The position numbers were made by a program, and so were the translations under genes. Below the pieces are notes generated by a model. It had not been told where the DNA came from. It ran no database searches and was given only the letters and a program-made list of their open reading frames with translations. This document shows positions 58,795-64,000 of a stretch of DNA of 64,000 nt, in pieces. Within the stretch, counting starts at the first letter, position 1; each line of letters begins with the position of its first letter. Source of the DNA: the human T2T-CHM13v2.0 reference genome, Homo sapiens; assembly GCF_009914755.1 (NCBI RefSeq), contig NC_060947.1. One strand, 5' to 3'.

Positions 58795-59881
58795 GGTCAC
58801 GTAAAAGCCATCCAATGTTAAGGGGGAAGAAAAGTAGACTTTAATCTACGGGAAGAGTGTCAAAATCACACTTTAACAGCAGAACGTGGGATGAGACATA
58901 TTGTTGCATCCATCTTTGAAAAATACAACCTGTGTAGCCACATTTTCAGACAAAAACAGGTCATTGCCAACTAATAATAAACTATAATCTAAAGGAGGTG
59001 ATGCCTGATGCAAGGAAAGAAGAGCAAATCAAGTAGGTATTTGATGTTAATTTAAATGAACATTATATAAAGTAATGATAATGTCTAGCAGAGTTAATGA
59101 GTAATATATAAATATAATTAAATACACGACAATAGTAATGTATATTTCAGAAGGCAGAAATGAGTTCTCAAATATCTTACTGCCTAGGATAAGGGTAAAT
59201 GTACCTATTAATTTTAAATTTTGACATGTTGCCTGTGAATGCTGCAATTTCAAGAATAACCACAAAATGAATAGAAACACAGTAGTAGAGTGAAATAAGC
59301 TAGTAGAGGGAAAAATGAAGTCATAAAAATAATCTCAATACAAAGAAGGAAATAAAATGAGATAAAACGTAGAATAGTTAGAACATGTAAAAATTATAAA
59401 ATAAGATGGTGGATTTAACCACAAAATATGGCAGTAATCATATTAAATGCAAATGTATCAAAATGTAGTTAAAAAGACAGCTTTTCTAAAAGAATTTTTT
59501 TTTAAATCCAAGAATACGCTGTATACAAAAGAATTTATTAAACATGAGGATAGAGAAAGGTTACAAATACAAATCAGAAGAAAGCTGAAGTAATTATATT
59601 AATATAAGACAAAATTGATTTTTAAGATAAAAAGCATTGCTAGAGACCCAGTGATCACTACATGATGATAAAACTTCACAAAGTAGATAGACAATTTTAA
59701 ATTTATATGCATTTAATACTGTTTAAAATTATATAAAGCAAAAATTGATTAAGGCAAAATGGCATGGTCAAATACAAACTCATATTGCAAGATACTTAAA
59801 ACATCTCTCTGAATAACAGATATAGGAGGAAGAAATCAGCACAGACATAGATTATTTGAACAACACAATTAATAAACGTGA

Positions 59882-60286
59882 TGTCTTAACCTATTTTGTG
59901 TTACTATAAAATACTACATGAGGCCAGGTAGTTTATAAAGAAAAGAGATTTAGCTCACAGTTCTGTGGGCTGTACAAGAAGCATGGTGGAGAAAGTCAAA
60001 GGGGAAGTGGGCACCTGCAAGGAGAGGGACAAATGAGGAACATCCTGGTTTTATAACAACGCACTCCAATGGGAACTAAGCTGATTCCACAAGAGTCAAT
60101 CCAGCCTCCAGTTTCATGAGAAAAAGAACTCACTACTTCTAGAACAGCACCAAGCCACTCATAAGGAATCTGCCCCATAACCCAAACACCTCCCAGTAGG
60201 CCTCACATTCTAACACTGTCACAATGATAACCAAATTTTAACTTGAGCTTTGATGGGGACAAACAAATCATATCAAAACCCTAGCA
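59882..60286 (-). mobile_element. MST/MLT1A-type MaLR solo LTR inside old L1M sequence
   Basis: TGTCTTAACCTATTTTGTGTTACTATAA...GCTCACAGTTCTG...CAAAACCCTAGCA. Confidence 0.8.
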
Positions 60287-61194
60287 CCTGCCTAGTGCAC
60301 ATATTCAGAATACCACACTCCTAAAAGGCAGTAGATACATTATTTTAAGGGACATACATAATTTTAAAAATTTACTGTATATTGGGTCATAAAGAAAATA
60401 GCAATTATTTTTAAAAGTTGAAATAATTTAGGCTCTGTCCTGTGGCTAACATATGATTAGAAATCAGTGCAAAAAAGATGAATAAATGTCCACATATACC
60501 TGGAAATCAAGAAAAACACTGATAAATAATCTTTGAATCAAAACAATCATATTAGGAAATAAAAAATTTGACCCAAATGATAACAAAATAAGTCTCTTCA
60601 CAGCACAACTTATGATTTGCACTTAAAATATTACTCAGAGGGATTATTTTTCAAATCAGAAAGATTGAAATAGAATTTCTGTATAGTAAAACACATGTGT
60701 TGTGGTGTGTACTTATATGGAACTTGACAAAGGCATTGACTTGTGCATCTGCCACTACAGTTATGATGCTGAAGTGTACCACCACTCCAAAGATTCCCCA
60801 TGTTGCTCCTTTATAATCACTACTCCTCTCACTTTTAACCACTAAACTGTTTATATCTCTACAGTTTAGTCTCTTCCAAAATGTCATATGCATAAAATGA
60901 CACATTATGTAGCTTTTTGAGTTTTGAGTCTGGCTTCTTTTATTTAGTAAAGTTCATTTAAAGTTTATTTATGTTGTTACATATGAATATAAATAAATTC
61001 AATCCTTTTCACTGCTGAGTAGGATTCCACTTTACAGTTGAAGGGCATCTGGGCCATTTCCAAATTTTGGCAATTATGACTTAAGCTACAATAAATATTT
61101 GAATGCAGGCTTTTGAGTGAACATATGTTTTTATTTCTCCAGTATAAATATCTAGAAGTGTGTTTGATGGGCTGCATGGTAGGTATGTGTTTAA

Positions 61195-61498
<304 letters not shown>

Positions 61499-61922
61499 TG
61501 TGTTTAACTTTTTAAAACGCTGCCAAATTGTTTTCCAAAGTCACTATACTCACAGTTAGCATTTCCACTGGCAATAATAGAGAGTTCCAGTTGCTCCTCT
61601 GCTGGCCAGCATTTGGTAGTGTCAGGTTTTTATTGCTATTTATTTACACCCTAATAGGTGTTTAATGGTATCTCATTGTGGCTTTAATTTGAATTTCCCT
61701 AAAGAATCATGATGCTGAGCATCTTTCATATGCTTACTTTCCATCCATTTTTCTTCTTTGGACAACTATCTGTTGAAATCCTTTTTTTTTTCTTTTTTTA
61801 ATTGTTGAGGCTTGAGGATTTTTTAAAAATGTTTTCTGGGTATGTCTTTTATGAGATGTACATTTTGCAAATATTTCCCCCCATCATTGGCTTGTATTTT
61901 CACTTTCTTAACAATGACTTTT

Positions 61923-62382
<460 letters not shown>

Positions 62383-63341
62383 TTATATTTTCTTCTAATT
62401 AATTTTGTAGTTTTTAGTTCTATGTGTAGGTCCATAATCAATGATGAATTCATTTACTGTAACTTGTAAGAGGTCCATGTCAAGATTCTTTTTTTTTCTT
62501 TTTTCTTTTTTTTGCACGTGGAAGTACAGTTGCCCTAGAATATTTGAAGAAAATTCCATTCTTCTCCGTTTAATTGCTTTTTCACCACTTTTGAATTCCA
62601 ATTGACTATGTATGTGTGTGCCTATTTCTGGGTTCTCAATTCCATTTTATTTTTCTGTATCCAATAGATATAGAACACGCTTTTCCAACAGAACATTGTC
62701 TTGATTACTATAGCTTTATAGTAAATGTTCAAATCAGATAGTCTGAAGTAGAGATAAATTAACTTTAAACATAAATGATAGGAAAGAAGAATGGCTGAAA
62801 GTCAATGACTGCCTTTCTAGCTGTCAGAAAAAGAACAGCATTAAAAACAAAGAAAGGTAATAAAGAATAAAAATTACTGAAATAGAAAACAAAGTTCAGT
62901 AGAGAAGATCAACAATGCCAAAATTGAAAAGAGTAGAGCAAATAGTAACCAAGTAAAACAGTGTGAAGCCACAGAAGTATCATATCACAAAAGAAAAACC
63001 CAAAATGAATATGTATATATTGCATCAATATGAAGATAATTCATGTTAAAAATAATTATTTTACATTATAAATATTTTAATAAGAGATATGAACTTGAAG
63101 AATAAATAACAAGTTTTTAATACATTAAACTTTTTTATATTTATATTTTTAATTTTTGTGGGTAGAAGTAAGTGTATATATTTATGGGGTATATGAGATG
63201 TTTTTGATACAGGCATGCAAAGGGAAATAAGCACATCATGAAGAATGAGGTATCCATACCCTCAAGCATTTATTTTTTGAGTTGCAAACAATCCAATTAC
63301 ACTCTTTTAGTTATTTTAAAATGTGCAATTAAGTTATTATT

Positions 63342-63597
63342 GCCAGGCACGGTGGCTCACACCTGTAATCCCAGCACTTTAGGAGGCAAAGGCAGGTGAA
63401 TCACTTGATTTCAAGAGCTTGAGACCAGCCTGGCCAGCATGGTGAAACCCAATCTCTACCAAAAAGTACAAAAATTAGCCAGGTTGAGGCAGGAGAATTG
63501 CTTAAACTCAGGAGGCAGAGGTTGCAGTGAGCCAAGATTGCACCACTGCACTCTAGCCTGGGTGACAGAGTAAGAACTTGTTTCAGAAAAAAAAAAA
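63342..63597 (+). mobile_element. Alu (S/J) with internal right-arm deletion, inserted in an L1MA 3' end (about 63130-64000, minus)
   Basis: AAAATTAGCCAGG joined directly to TTGAGGCAGGAG; TSD AAGTTATTATT; L1MA 3'UTR text continues on both sides. Confidence 0.9.
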
Positions 63598-64000
63598 GTT
63601 ATTATTGACTATAGTCACCCTGGTGTGCTGCCAAACACAGCATTCTTTCTACTTGTTTTTGTAAACATTAACCATCCCCACCTCTCCTCTACCCCCTCCT
63701 ATAACTATATGCCATTTTAACTGGGGTGAGATGATATCTCATTGTAGTTGTGATTTACCTTTCTCTGATAATCAGTGATGTTGAGCACATATGCCTGTTT
63801 GCAATTTTTATGCCTTCTTTTGAGAAATGTCTACTCAGAATGTTTGGCCCATTTTTTGATGGGATTATTACATTTTTTCCTATAGAGTTGTTTGAGTTCC
63901 TTATATATTCTTATTATTAATTCCTTGTCAGATGGATAGTTTCAAAATGTTTTCTTCCATTCTCTGGGTTGTTTCTTCACTTTGTTGATTGTACCCTTTG

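Overview
AT-rich, repeat-dense primate (very likely human) genomic DNA. It contains the 5' half of POF1B on the minus strand: a short putative non-coding exon 1 (donor at 46156), the ATG-bearing exon 2 (CDS 45690-45971) and coding exons 3-6 (34209-34283, 26067-26147, 17867-17968, 12377-12559). These splice at canonical GT-AG sites into one 241-codon frame that I recognise from memory as the POF1B N-terminus; downstream exons lie beyond position 1. The rest is intron and upstream DNA dominated by L1s of several ages, Alus, MaLR/ERV solo LTRs, L2/MIR relics and DNA-transposon MITEs. Most entries in the ORF track are repeat-derived or chance ORFs. I see no evidence of a new biological system. The most notable observations are: (1) exons 3-5 look like a tandemly duplicated phase-0 exon module; (2) a MER85 piggyBac MITE with a perfected CSB-PGBD3-binding palindrome lies about 10 kb upstream of POF1B; (3) several local fold-back duplications, including a perfect 53-bp-arm palindrome in intron 2; (4) structurally unusual L1s, namely a TSD-flanked 5'UTR-to-3'-end fusion and a twin-priming inversion. 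Repeat subfamily names come from recall of consensus sequences and need RepeatMasker/Dfam confirmation.
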